This document shows, piece by piece, positions 28,024 through 40,355 of a DNA stretch of 64,000 nt. The DNA is from Eledone cirrhosa. Lineage: Eukaryota. The DNA is taken from the NCBI GenBank assembly GCA_964016885.1, contig OZ024743.1, forward strand, positions 266,910,001 to 266,974,000. The letters run 5' to 3'. Position numbers and translations under genes: made by a program. The notes under the pieces were generated by a model, which saw only the letters and a list, made by a program, of their open reading frames with translations, ran no database searches and was not told the DNA's origin. How positions within the stretch are numbered: position 1 is the stretch's first letter; every line of letters starts with the position of its first letter.

Positions 28024-30679
28024 TAACTGAAGATGTCTGCCTGTATGTGTGTATGATGTTTATGCATTTCCACATCTCTCTACCGATTTTGATGAATTTC
28101 TTCCAATGTGCTCCAAATTTACTGACAATGGTCAACGCCACATAAACTTTGTCAAAAATGTCCTGCTTCTATGAAAAAAATCGATAAAACTAAATACATG
28201 CTCTAACCCTCTCTTGCCGCCTCAACTGCTGCGTCACGTGCTGGTGAGGACGAAGGGCAGCGTTTCAGACGCCGACGTACGGACGCCGCTACTTGAATCT
28301 CAACAAAGACATTATATGTTGTTGTTGTCCTTTTTGTAATTTTTTTTCTTTCTTTTTATCAATATGAGAAAAAAAGTAATATAAATATTCAGATAAAAAA
28401 AAATAGCGAGTAAACTTTTTTCAGGAATGTCTGATTTTGATGATTACTTTTCCAGTGTGCCCCAAATTATCGCCCCTGTTTACGCTCTTTTGTGCTATAA
28501 CTCAGACGTGCTTGGCTTGCAGGTTTGACCTACTATTTGACGTGCATTCTTGCTACAACTTACTCAGTACTCACTTTCCACTTATTCACTATTCAATTGA
28601 AATTACCCTCATAAACATTTACGTGTTCGGTTTAATTAGTACTTCCTGTTTCCCTTTTTAAACTTACATTTAAAACATACTTTGACACTACAGTCATGCA
28701 CCCCCCCCCCTAACTAAAGCTGCTTCTCCTGCTAAACGAAGAAGAGCTACAGAGTCGTCCCTCGAGAATTTGACTCGGTTGTCAGAAAATGCATATCTAA
28801 CTGCAGTTGCACGTGCAGTGCAAACTGATGGACAATATTCTCGATGACGAAGCAAACATGCTGCCTCCACTGCTGCGGCGCGTGCTGGTGAGGACGAAGA
28901 ACAGCGTTCTGGACGACGAGGAAGAGATGCCGCTTTCACTGCTGCGTCACGAAGGTGAGGACGAAGGGCAGCGTTCCAGATGCCGATGTACGGACGCCGC
29001 TCCAACCGCTTCTGTGAGCGCGTCAGAGACTGTGCAAATTCGATTAAACAGACTAAACTCCAATGCACTCCACAGGAGTGCTCAACGAGGTACTCCGAGG
29101 ATCAGTTGTACTCAGTGGTCTCATAAGGCTTTCCACTATGACCCTACAGTTTCCTATGCACTGCTGCCAGAAGTTCAGATTGGATCCATGTCCGCCATTT
29201 GCCAATCTTGCCGGGCAAAAAAATGGCCTGGGGAGACTTCAGGGATGTGCTGCTCTGACGGCAAAGTGAAACTGCCTCCTCTACAGGAACAACCACAACC
29301 TTTGAAGTCTCTACTGACCGATGTCACAGCGGAGTCGGAACACTTCCTTCAATGTTCCACAGAGATACAACGGTGCCTTCCAAATGACCTCTTTCGGAGC
29401 TAATATCATACGGGAAGACGGCTTCATGCCTACCTTTAAAGTTCAAGAACAGTTTGTGAGGGCACTCCACCTTCAGATGCAGCTGGAGAAATGGCAGTCT
29501 CGCAAGTAGGCACCGTTGTCGACACGTTGACGACCTCACAGCCTCTGTGTTTCCCGATATGGCCATCAACTACAAAACACGAGTTGGCTGTGCGATAGAG
29601 CCATATTAGCTCCCAGAAATGTCTCTATTGCAAATTTCAATGAGGACCTTCTGCAACGCATTCCTGGAAACCTCATTACCTACAAATCTGGGGACACAGT
29701 TATGGACAAAGATGAGATTGACGATTTTCCCACAGAATTCCTCAATTCCTTGGACCTCTCCGAACTGCCACCTCATGAACTGTGTCTCAAAGTTGGGGCT
29801 CCAGTGATGCTGTTGAGGAACCTGGAACCACCGCGTCTCTGCATGGAACACGGTTAGTGGTAAGAAACTTCCTGCCGCATGTAATTGAAGCCGCAATTAT
29901 CACGGGCTGCGGCGCTGGAGAACACGTCTTTATATCCAGAATACCATTAACTCCATCAGATAAGGAATGCCACTGTACTCTGCGCCGACTTCAATTCCCC
30001 GTTAAACTTTGCTTCGCGATGTCGATCAACAGGTCCCAAGGCTAAACGCTAACAACGACATGCCTCCATTTAGGCCAACCGTGCTTCTCACACGGCCAAT
30101 TATACGTCGCATGCTCAAGAGTCGGATGTAAGCAGAACTTATTCATACTTGCGCCCAAATGCAGAACAAAAAATGTGGTCTACAGAGAGGTGTTGCGACT
30201 CCTCTATTCAGCACCACTACAGTCTTGCCGGTCTGACATATGGTGAGTAGATGCTATTGTTGTATATTTACAAACTTACCCGTATTTACTTACCCATGCT
30301 TATTCCCCCTCTTTCCTCCATAGGGCATTCAATCTGTTTTCACAGAGCATAATGTTACGGGACAGCACGTCCGCTGCCGTTGGTAGAAGAGGAAGAGGCC
30401 CTATTCACCTGCGAACCTTTTACACCCTTTTCCAGGACTTCCTACCAAATTGTTACCATTGTGAGACCGATAACATGGCCCTTGTCAGGGCCACCTCACT
30501 TTCAATTGTTACCCTCTTCTCAGGATGTTGCAAAGCCCTTTGCAAGGCTTTCTATCTCGTTGAAAATTGATTGGTTGGGCGGGAACTTATATCAATCTTT
30601 GCCTCAATAATCATAATTGAGTGGAATCAAGAGTACTTTAAAGCAATTAAAACCCGAGCAACGCCAGGCACTTCTGATA

Positions 30680-30680
<1 letters not shown>
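28020..30680 (+). mobile_element. Internally deleted Helitron (Rep N-terminal zinc region plus Pif1 helicase C-terminus)
   Basis: CQSCRAKKWPGETSGMCCSDGKVKLPP, YNGAFQMTSFGA..FMPTFKVQ, RIPLTPSD..RRLQFPVKLCFAMSINRSQG*TL..CFSHGQLYVACSRV. The 3' end has hairpin cccgagcaacgccagg then gATAG-T (CTAG-like). Confidence 0.9.
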
Positions 30681-30727
<47 letters not shown>

Positions 30728-30735
30728 ATGGATGG

Positions 30736-30766
<31 letters not shown>

Positions 30767-30789
30767 TAGAGATATATATGTGCGTGTGT

Positions 30790-31130
30790 GTGTGTAAAAG
30801 GTAACCAGAAATAACAATACAATCGGTAAAGTATATGGAAGGAATATATTAGGTTAACGCTTGGTATAGCAGGAAGAGGTTCTTGATGTTTCGGACGCTA
30901 GTCCTTCACCAGAAAAAAGAATGAGAAATAAGATAGATTGAGGAGACGGGCGGGTTGGAATTGGAAATAATATCTTTAGATAAAAATAACAAATAACATG
31001 TCAATTGATTTGACATCTTGAAATCATTCGTATCACTGAAATATTATTTGCTTCTTATATATATATAAATATAAAGGTAAACAGAAATAACAACACAATC
31101 GGTACAGTATATATGGAAGGTATAAACAGG
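30790..31130 (-). mobile_element. PLE pLTR fragment(s) with a hammerhead-like motif at 30880-30920
   Basis: The minus strand reads uuu-CUGGUGA-a-GGAC/uagc/GUCC-GAAAC-AUC-aagaa. 30796-30842 is partly duplicated at 31072-31120. Confidence 0.6.
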
Positions 31131-31519
31131 GAAAGAGAGAGAGAGAGAGAAAGAAAGAGGGAGAGAGGAGGATTGGAGGTGGAAATGTGCGATGGATCAA
31201 GCGAACCGCAGGAGGATATTCATAGGAAGAACTCTTATCAATCAAATGTTTCTGCGCTTGATTTCTAGTAACAATCTAAGGGAGCTGGGTTCACCTACGC
31301 CATGGCTTATAGGGGTCTTCCTGCTGATGTGGCTGACACTGTATCCCATTCCTGTTGTCACACAACTACATTTCACATCATTTCACATCTATTTCATCAA
31401 CAATCAATGTACTTGACGTAATATATCCTAACTCAATTCTAATTGTCGTCCCTGTTTTACCATGTATATTGCGAATTTTCCAGTTGTTTCTGACAGACGT
31501 TTAATCGTTACTGTTCTTT

Positions 31520-32100
31520 TTGGCTTTGATTCTACACTGACCTAATAACTGGCACATGGAATCTGTGACAAATTCTCATGCACCGAATTCCACAGGGTTT
31601 ATTATACATGATATCCTTCTCTTCTCACCTCCCTCGTAATATCTTCGTACATCCTCTTGTTGTACTTGTATTGTTCATCTACACGACTCTCATAGGGGAC
31701 TGTCAGCTCAACTAGGATGTTTCTGGTGCCTACGTCTGACTACAGGATAATATCAGGGCCTTTTCCTTTCTTACTGATGAATTAGTGATAATTCTTATGC
31801 TACTCCCGGAGACTGGAAGACATTGCCCATTCCCTTTATAAACCAAGTATATTTTGGCCGAGCACACCTACATGTGGTATCCTTTTAGATCCAACCCATC
31901 ATTTTCCATCCCCTTCTATTAAGAATGTTAAGTCTGTCTCAGTCGATTTACGTTGCATCTGGTCCATGATAGTTGCTAATTACTGTGTTCTTTATCAGTT
32001 ATGGTTATGAAACTCGTTGATAAACAGGTGTAAGCAGGTAAGTACAATCCACGCCAGTTGCATTTATCTCGCATAAAGCTGGCAATCACAAGGAACATAA
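31520..32100 (-). mobile_element. HERO/R2-group LINE restriction-like endonuclease fragment, decayed
   Basis: The minus strand gives GPDIIL*SDVGTRNILVELTVPYESRVDEQYKY..YEDITREVRREGY, matching the PD..ELTVPxE RLE motif. Confidence 0.65.
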
Positions 32101-32194
32101 TTTCTATGTATGAAATAAACGTTAAGACAAGTATTACATATCCATAACCGTATGGTTAGGATTATGATTATGTAACATCTGTTTTAACGTTTGC

Positions 32195-32243
<49 letters not shown>

Positions 32244-32401
32244 ATACTTTGGGAGGGTCATGTTGCCAATAAGAAACACACGCACCAGTTGCATTCACTT
32301 CAATTTATTATATATTTATAAATTTATAAATTTACAAATCTACAAACTTATAAATTTCTGGTTGGTTGGTTGGTTCTACAACCAGATAGTTGTTTATATA
32401 T

Positions 32402-32446
32402 AGTCATAGTCCTTTCGTCACACATTATGTGACCTCTTCAGTGACT
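32402..32446 (-). ncRNA. Type I minimal hammerhead ribozyme in the 3' pLTR of the adjacent PLE
   Basis: AGUCA-CUGAAGA-G-GUCACA/uaaug/UGUGAC-GAAA-GGAC-UA-UGACU, about 190 nt downstream of the PLE stop codon. Confidence 0.85.
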
Positions 32447-32635
32447 GGGGATTCCTTTCTTCTGTCCTACGCCATTTTGTTTCTGTGTGTGTGTTGTGTG
32501 CTCAGTTTGCGCATGCGCCACATCCGGGTGTCTGTGTGTGTTTGTGTTCATTTATCTATTTGTTTATTTATTTATTTATTTATTTACATGTTGTTGGTTG
32601 TTTGTTCTATGTGTGTGTGTGTTTTCAATTTGTCC

Positions 32636-33985
32636 TTAATTGTAAGTTGTGATGTTGCTGTTCCACTCATATTTTCTATTTAATTTTGGTTGTAATTCTT
32701 TTATGCTTACTGCCTCTGTAATTTGCCTAAACATTGCATCTTTTCTGTGTGTGGATTCTATTTTTATTTCTATCTTCTCTAATCTACCCCTGTGTTCTAT
32801 CTTAGCATGTTGGTAGAGCACAGATGATTCTTTATTATCTTGAAGGTCTCGCCAGTGTTCATTTATTCGTTCCCCTATACTACGAGCTGTCTCACCTATG
32901 TACACTATATTTTTGTTTCTACATTGTCCTTCAGTACATCTTATGCTATACACTACATTTCTAGTTTTACAGTTAATATGGGGGCTTATTTTACAGGTTA
33001 TACATTTCTTATCTATACATGAGGGTCTTTGGAACGGGTATGTCTTGCTAATAAGTGTTTTTACGGAGGTACCTGGTCTTTCTACTATCTTAATATTGAG
33101 TTTATGTTTATTTAGGGCCCTTCTAAATTTGTAGGCTAGTTCGCCTCTAGGGGTTGTATTGATGAACATTACACTCTGGTATTTATTGCTATCATACCAT
33201 GAGTTTATTCTATTGGCCTTGTTCCTAGTTCTTTCTATTCTATTCCCAAATTTGCTCCTATACAAGGGGCAGGTCCCATTTATGTCATTATTTACCATTT
33301 TTTCCCATTTGGTTCTGGCTCCTCTATACACTCTGATTCTATCTCTCTGATTGTAGCCAGAGAACTGCATACGGTGGATGAAGTGTTGTATGTGTCTCTC
33401 TAGTTCTTCGGGGTTGCACATGCGGGACACATTTCTCATCACCCCTACTAAATCCGCAATCAGTATGTTGATTTTGGTATGGTCCGAAATGGCCGAGTTT
33501 CGGTGGATCAGATGTTTGGAAGTCATGGGTTTGGCATAATGGGAATGGAGGATTTGTTTTTGGTTGTTAATGGTATCTAACCAGAGCTCTGTGTCTAGTA
33601 CAGGTAATCGATGGTTGGGGTGTCTACTTGGGTAGTCTATAGTAACTCTAATGCTCTGGTGGATGGAGTTTGCTGTTTGCTGGATACTTTCCATTGTGTT
33701 TTTCTCTAGTTCCTGACTGTTCTTTAGTGGGGGTGTCTTAACTACGATGTTTATATCATCTACGTAGCGGGAGTACATTATCAAGGTTAAGCTGTCTTCT
33801 AATTGTTCTTTAAGTTTTTGTTTAAGTCTACTGTCCCACCATACCATGAATAAGTTAGCTATGTCGCCTGCAATGCTAACACCAATGGCTGCTCCTTCCT
33901 CTTGGGCATATGTTTTACCATTAAATTTGAACATATGTTCCTTAAGGGTTAATTTTATGCTGGCCCCTACCGCATGTGCAATCAT
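32636..33985 (-). CDS. Penelope-like element ORF, 5'-truncated: RT C-terminal half plus GIY-YIG endonuclease
   Basis: GAAIGVSIAGDIANLFM, YSRYVDDI, RLPVLD, HYAKPM, CxxC linker, VVYSIRC..YIGETAR..EH..HLEK..ITEAVSI..PKLN. The frame stays open to about 34050. Confidence 0.92.
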   Translation of the reverse strand: MIAHAVGASIKLTLKEHMFKFNGKTYAQEEGAAIGVSIAGDIANLFMVWWDSRLKQKLKEQLEDSLTLIMYSRYVDDINIVVKTPPLKNSQELEKNTMESIQQTANSIHQSIRVTIDYPSRHPNHRLPVLDTELWLDTINNQKQILHSHYAKPMTSKHLIHRNSAISDHTKINILIADLVGVMRNVSRMCNPEELERHIQHFIHRMQFSGYNQRDRIRVYRGARTKWEKMVNNDINGTCPLYRSKFGNRIERTRNKANRINSWYDSNKYQSVMFINTTPRGELAYKFRRALNKHKLNIKIVERPGTSVKTLISKTYPFQRPSCIDKKCITCKISPHINCKTRNVVYSIRCTEGQCRNKNIVYIGETARSIGERINEHWRDLQDNKESSVLYQHAKIEHRGRLEKIEIKIESTHRKDAMFRQITEAVSIKELQPKLNRKYEWNSNITTYN

Positions 33986-34080
33986 TTTCTTCAGTTCATC
34001 GTGGTTTTCGGGTGTCCGTATGGCTCTGGTCCACCCGTTCCATCTATCTGTAGAAATATATATATATAAATATATATATA

Positions 34081-34165
34081 TTCCTGACTGTTTTCCTATT
34101 ACCCACTCTACTACCCTACTACTGGTGCGTTATGGTTCACCTTGTATCTTACCACACCTTCTTTT
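34081..34165 (-). repeat. Fragment homologous to 48940-49025
   Basis: ttttcctattacccactctactaccctac..ctggtgcgttat is the reverse complement of the 48.9-49.0 kb element body. Confidence 0.7.
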
Positions 34166-34399
34166 TTATAAATAAATAGATATTTGCAATTCTTAAATTG
34201 TGTATCATACACCCAAATTATACGATAAATATATATACATTACGGAGTTTAAAGCGACTATATGATTGTGTACATTGATATGTAAACCTATCAACATGTT
34301 CCCTGTCAATTAAAAGAAAGGTATGAATAACTACAATCTATGTCTCATAATTGTAGCGATATATTTAGAACATCACGCGAGAGGTGTTTTACTCCTTAC

Positions 34400-35300
34400 T
34401 TTGATACACTGTGTTCTCTAAGCAAATTTGTTTCTGACACACATAATCTTTTGAATGGAGTCCTCTCTGTTGCAAGCTGATCCCTAATTTGAGGATGCTT
34501 TTCTCTCGCTCTTATAATAGACTCGAAGACATCGAAATAGGATATTGGCCTAGAAGGAAACCCATATATCTTGGTCGGCCAGTTCACCTTTATTTCCATA
34601 TCATTTAACGTATATAATAATAGGCCTCTCATTTCCGAAAATCCTTCCAAGGGTATCTAAACCTTTACGGCCGAAGAGAAGCGATCGGATAGATCTTTAA
34701 TATGTATTCCACATGAAAATCCATTGAGGATTGATCAACCTCTGTTGGGTTGTATAATCCGAATCTACTAGTGACTTCCAGCTACAACACTGATGATATA
34801 ACCACGGTTTTGCTACCTTAGGCATCTGAAGAACATTTGGTTTTAAATATTTCTATATCATAAGTGGATGCTGCTTTGATATCTTCATGTGCTGAGATGT
34901 ATCTAACTGCTTATTATTGTATGAAAGCAAAAGTATTATTTACTTTGCCGACTGAATTCTCAAAGATTTCTGCTTATGGCATATCAAGATACTCTGGATT
35001 GGTGTGATTGGCAGTGTTCAAATTTTATTGCAAAAACTGCTCGATCAATATCACTAGTATATTAGATGCGTCTTCCATTCATTTTACTTAATCTATGATA
35101 TCCAATAGGCTTCATATCTAGTTGCTTATACACACAACATTGTTAGGGTTATTTTTGCTGCATTTTTATATCGGGTGTTGTAAATGTAGTTTGGTTAATT
35201 AAATATGCTCAGTAAGCCAATGCCTGTTTTATTGCTTTTCATATGACAAGAACACCAGGAATATGTACCAAATAGTTCATTTGTTCAATACACACATTTT
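34400..35300 (-). pseudogene. Highly decayed PLE reverse transcriptase (possibly Naiad/Chlamys-type)
   Basis: Fragments STYDIEIF, KIYP and LYTLNDMEIKVN..FPSRPISYFDVFESIIRA resemble TFDFSTLYT, IYP.EL and LYDKRDDF..SNIP..YGVY.SQLIRY. Confidence 0.4.
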
Positions 35301-35670
35301 ATCTGAAATGTTTATAATTTTGGCGATCTCTCACAAATATATGATTACATAAGTAAACGCTGTACCATATGATATTATTACATGATAATCATAGAGGTTA
35401 TTTAGAGCGAGATCCTTTTCCTGGGAAAATAGAATAATCTCTGACGAAATAACGCCATTAAAATAAACGGATATTAGTTGCTGGTCGATTTAGTGTACAG
35501 GTAACACAGCTTTCCCGTATATAATCAAATGTGATTTGATTTCTGCACGGGATTTTTTTCCCCCTCAAGGGTTTCTCATCTCGTAGATGTTTCTCATCCT
35601 GTAGGATGTAAACATTTAATGCTCCCCATGGAGTCATATACGAATATAAGCTACACTATACGAGTACAAT

Positions 35671-35707
<37 letters not shown>

Positions 35708-35740
35708 AACACACATATATATATATATATATATATATGC

Positions 35741-35854
<114 letters not shown>

Positions 35855-35907
35855 ATGTGTTTTCTTATATATATATATATATATATATATATACTTATAT
35901 ATATTTA

Positions 35908-36000
35908 TTAAAATAACAGATTCAAGTTTAAGCAAAGAATCGCTGCTTTCACCCTTAACGGGATCTTCTTAAAGATTTGGATTTTAGTCTTCAAATTAAT
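35908..36000 (-). repeat. Family E fragment
   Basis: The reverse complement agaagatcccgttaagggtgaaagcagcgattctttgcttaaac matches 42921-42965. Confidence 0.8.
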
Positions 36001-36300
36001 TATTATTACTATATATAAATATATGTATATATATTCATATACATATGTGCATGTGCGTGTTAGCAAAAAGCCACACATTTTTAAATACATGTGTTACAGT
36101 ATACTCAGCAATTAATCAGTAGAGATCCTTGCTATATCATCCGTATTTTTCATCTGTCTACCCCTGAAAGTTTTTATTTCATTTTCGCTGTCTTTGTGTT
36201 ATCTAACACTCATAATGTTGTTAATCATATTAGTCATATTCATATTGTACTCTCTTGTATAGTTTAAGATTATATACATATATGACTCCATATATATATA

Positions 36301-36430
36301 TATAAGGGAAAGAAATCGAAAATGCAACTGGAGTCTTTTTAAGAATATCTATTTGCTTCCCTAACCCGTTTCACAGTTCTTATGCTTTTCAAAAGTAGAA
36401 TTGAGATGGAGGGTTTGCGGTTTTTCTCAT
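36301..36430 (-). repeat. Diverged family B copy (single arm)
   Basis: aaatcgaaaatgcaactg..gcttttcaaaag..ttgagatggaggg..ggtttttctca aligns with 16995-17125. Confidence 0.75.
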
Positions 36431-36964
36431 ATAATTATATATATATATATATGTGTGTGTGTGTATATGTATATACATACATATGCGTGTATGCGCCTGT
36501 GTGTTTGCATGCCTATGCAACTGTGTGTGCGTGTGTATCAATATATAATACATATACGTAGCCATATTGAAGAAATATTCAAAACACCAGTAACAAAACT
36601 TTACACATTTTTTTTAAATTTCTTGATTTTGTCCTCAGCAAGGCGTAATTAGATAGCATATAATTGAGTTAAATCTAACTAGATCACCAATATCGCCATG
36701 AAATAAAGAAATAGAATCAGAAAATTTAAACAGAAAAAGTTAAGCATCAAAACCAAAGGAAATAGAATTATGTTGCTTTCACAATGACATTCTAGAGTAC
36801 TATATCCAAGGTTGTATATGTTATACACTGTATTAAATGAAATTTAATTTTATAATAATCAAAAGAAACACACATACTAAAGAAATTTCAATAAAGAATG
36901 GATGATATAGAATATATATATATATATATATATATACATTGGCAACATGACTCTCCCAAAGTAT

Positions 36965-37076
<112 letters not shown>

Positions 37077-37100
37077 TCATATACATTGTATATAAATGAA

Positions 37101-37176
<76 letters not shown>

Positions 37177-37212
37177 GTATATATATATATATTCATATAC
37201 ATTGTATATAAA

Positions 37213-37277
<65 letters not shown>

Positions 37278-38126
37278 TACATATATATATATTAATATAC
37301 AGTGTATATATGAACACATATTTATATATATATGTAAATACATATCAATTGTTCGTGCGTGTTTCTATTGGCATCAATATATATATATATGAATGTATGT
37401 ATATGTTTATGTATATATATACATATCTATATATGTGCGTTTATTTGAGTTTATGTGTTTTTGTGTGTGTGCATGTATGTTTGTCAGTGTGCACTAAATA
37501 TAAATAAAAGCTATGTATACATTAACCATGAATAATCAAAAGTATATCTAAATAAAATATAGAAGAAAACAATAGAATAAATTGTAATTATACAAAACAT
37601 ACCTAAACTAAATACATAGGCACGCATTGATGATTAGGACAAAAAGCAAAATGTAAAGAAAAATGAAATAAGCCGAAACTCATTCCCACACATATACAAT
37701 ACAGTCATACATGAAACACTCATACACTCACACAGAAAATCAGACAGTCATTCATATCAAGAAAATACAAATTGCACACGTCCATACATATAAGAATAAT
37801 GTATAATGTTTGCAAATATGACCCAAGCCTAAACTTGCTAGCAGTTCACTGATGGATTGCTTTGCGAAAGAAAAATATGATCATCATAACAAAAGAAAAT
37901 AAAACATCAAATCGAGTCAGCATTTGTACGAGACGCTACAGGAGCTGAATGTAAATGAAGTAATATTAACTAGTGTCGAGGAATGATGTATTGGTGTACA
38001 GCTTCGTAACACTACACAACACACCACATATATATATGAGAGAGTAATATAAACATGTATATGCATAAGAGCGTAGATATCTCTCTGTCTTTGTATATTT
38101 GTATATATATATATATATGCATATAG

Positions 38127-38289
<163 letters not shown>

Positions 38290-38581
38290 GGCGCGCGCCG
38301 GCATGTATGCGATTGAATATATTACTTGATTGCATATGTATGCACATACACACATATGCATATGTACATATCCTGCATAAACGCCTGCATTTAAATACAC
38401 TTGCTTCAGCATAGTATTTACAGATATATAGAAAAACATGCATGTGTATGCCTTTGTCTATATTTTTTGATATGAGCGTCTACTCTTATATCTCCCGATT
38501 AAATATTCGTCGTATCCTGATGATTTCTTTTAAATGAAAGAGTTCTAGTCCTGTAGAAACCATTACTATATCGCACTCTTG

Positions 38582-38629
<48 letters not shown>

Positions 38630-38630
<1 letters not shown>

Positions 38631-38772
38631 CATAAAAAGCGGAGAATCAGTGATGCGACGAATAAGATTTATTAGACATAATATAATCGTTTCTCTGGCG
38701 ACCAGCTCGAGGCACGATCGATGCGATGATCAAACCTGACTCTGAAATCACAAGATCCTCACATATGTCTCG
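38630..38772 (-). repeat. Family F copy
   Basis: Reverse complement of 20582-20725. Confidence 0.8.
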
Positions 38773-38849
38773 ATTCTCTCTCTCTATATATATATATTGC
38801 GAGGTTTTGATATGAAATCGTGTGTCGAAACAAGTATTGGGGAGGGTCC

Positions 38850-39920
38850 AGTAGTGCTAAGTTTAATATTTTGATCGCAGACTTGGTACGAGTGGTGAAG
38901 AACGTGTCCCGCCTGAGCGACCAAAAGAAATGGAAAATCGCATCAAACACTTCATCAACCGCCTGCAGATCTCTGGCTACAACCAAAGAGACAACATCAG
39001 AGTATACGAAGGAGCCACGGAGAAGTATAAGACCCTCATAGAACTGATCCTGAAAGGAATTTGCCCATTATACAGGAGCAAATTATGGAATAGCTTAGAT
39101 AGGACTAAACATAAGATAGGGAAAGCCAACTCATGGTACGACAGCCAGAGTGACATGTTCATGGACGCTACCCTTGGAGAGAAATTACCTAACCAAAGTA
39201 GAAAGGACCTGAGAAAGACCCACTTAAATATTAAAGTGGTAGAAAAGCCAGGAACTTCCATAAAATCCCTGATCAGCAAAACATACCCTTTTAAGAAAAC
39301 CCACTGTACTAATATGTAAAGTAAACCCCCGTATAAACTGTAAAACTAGAAACGTAGTTTATAGCATAATATGTACAGAGGGTACTTGCAGAAACATGAC
39401 AACAACATACACAGGTGAAATAGCTCAAAGTATATGAGAAATGGACGGAAAAACGGTTCAGTACTATACGAACACGCCAGACAACAACATGACGGTAACA
39501 TGGACAGCATAGAAATTAAAATTATATGTAAACATAGAAATGACCCAGAAGATAGGCAAATCAGAGAGGCAAGTGAAATAGAGTTTAGAATGCCAAAGCT
39601 AAACAGAAAAAATAAATGGAATAACAACAACACCCAAACAAACAATACTGACTTCAGAGAAATATAAATAAATAAATAAATAAATATATACACAAGCACA
39701 ATAACCACAAACACGTTAGTAAACTAATATAATAACCAAAACAGTCACCCAAACGCGAACACACACCAAACACTATACACACACGCAAACGCATGCGCAG
39801 AGAAGAATAAATAAACAGATTAAATAACGATGGCGTAGATATACAATACAACAGGAGGAACACAATAGTACCACTGATGCTGTTGCTGTTTTTTCGGCAA
39901 AGTATCACTACTGAAGGAAA
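38850..39920 (+). mobile_element. Penelope-like element 3' fragment (same clade as the 32.6-34.0 kb element), decayed
   Basis: KFNILIADLVRVVKNVSR, HFINRLQISGYNQRD, KVVEKPGTSIKSLISKTYPF, SVLYEHARQQH..RQIREA..PKLNRK. Confidence 0.88.
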
Positions 39921-40069
39921 TTTAAAATTAGGCAATATTTTACTGAATGAGTAATCAGTGATAGTGAAATTAATATATCACAACCATGCACCATATTTGT
40001 TACGATTAATCTGCTTGACAACAGGTGCTGCTCCTTGTCAAAAGATACACAATTGTAGTAATATAGTAC

Positions 40070-40141
<72 letters not shown>

Positions 40142-40355
40142 ATTGGTTGAGCATGTCTAACGACTTCTATTTGACCCTATCCAAAGTATCAATTGTTTTG
40201 CTATTTTTAGAAATGATGAAAATAGCATTTTCTAGGGTTTTATAAAAAGTTTCACTAGTCATCACCATCAACATCACTTTTATTATTATTATTGTTGTTG
40301 TTAGTGGTGGTAGTCGTAGACGTAGTCATAGTATGAGTAATATCCCTAAGCATTA

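Noticed and set aside
38505-38580. CTGATGA...GAAAC motif
   Set aside because: Stems I and II could not be convincingly paired.
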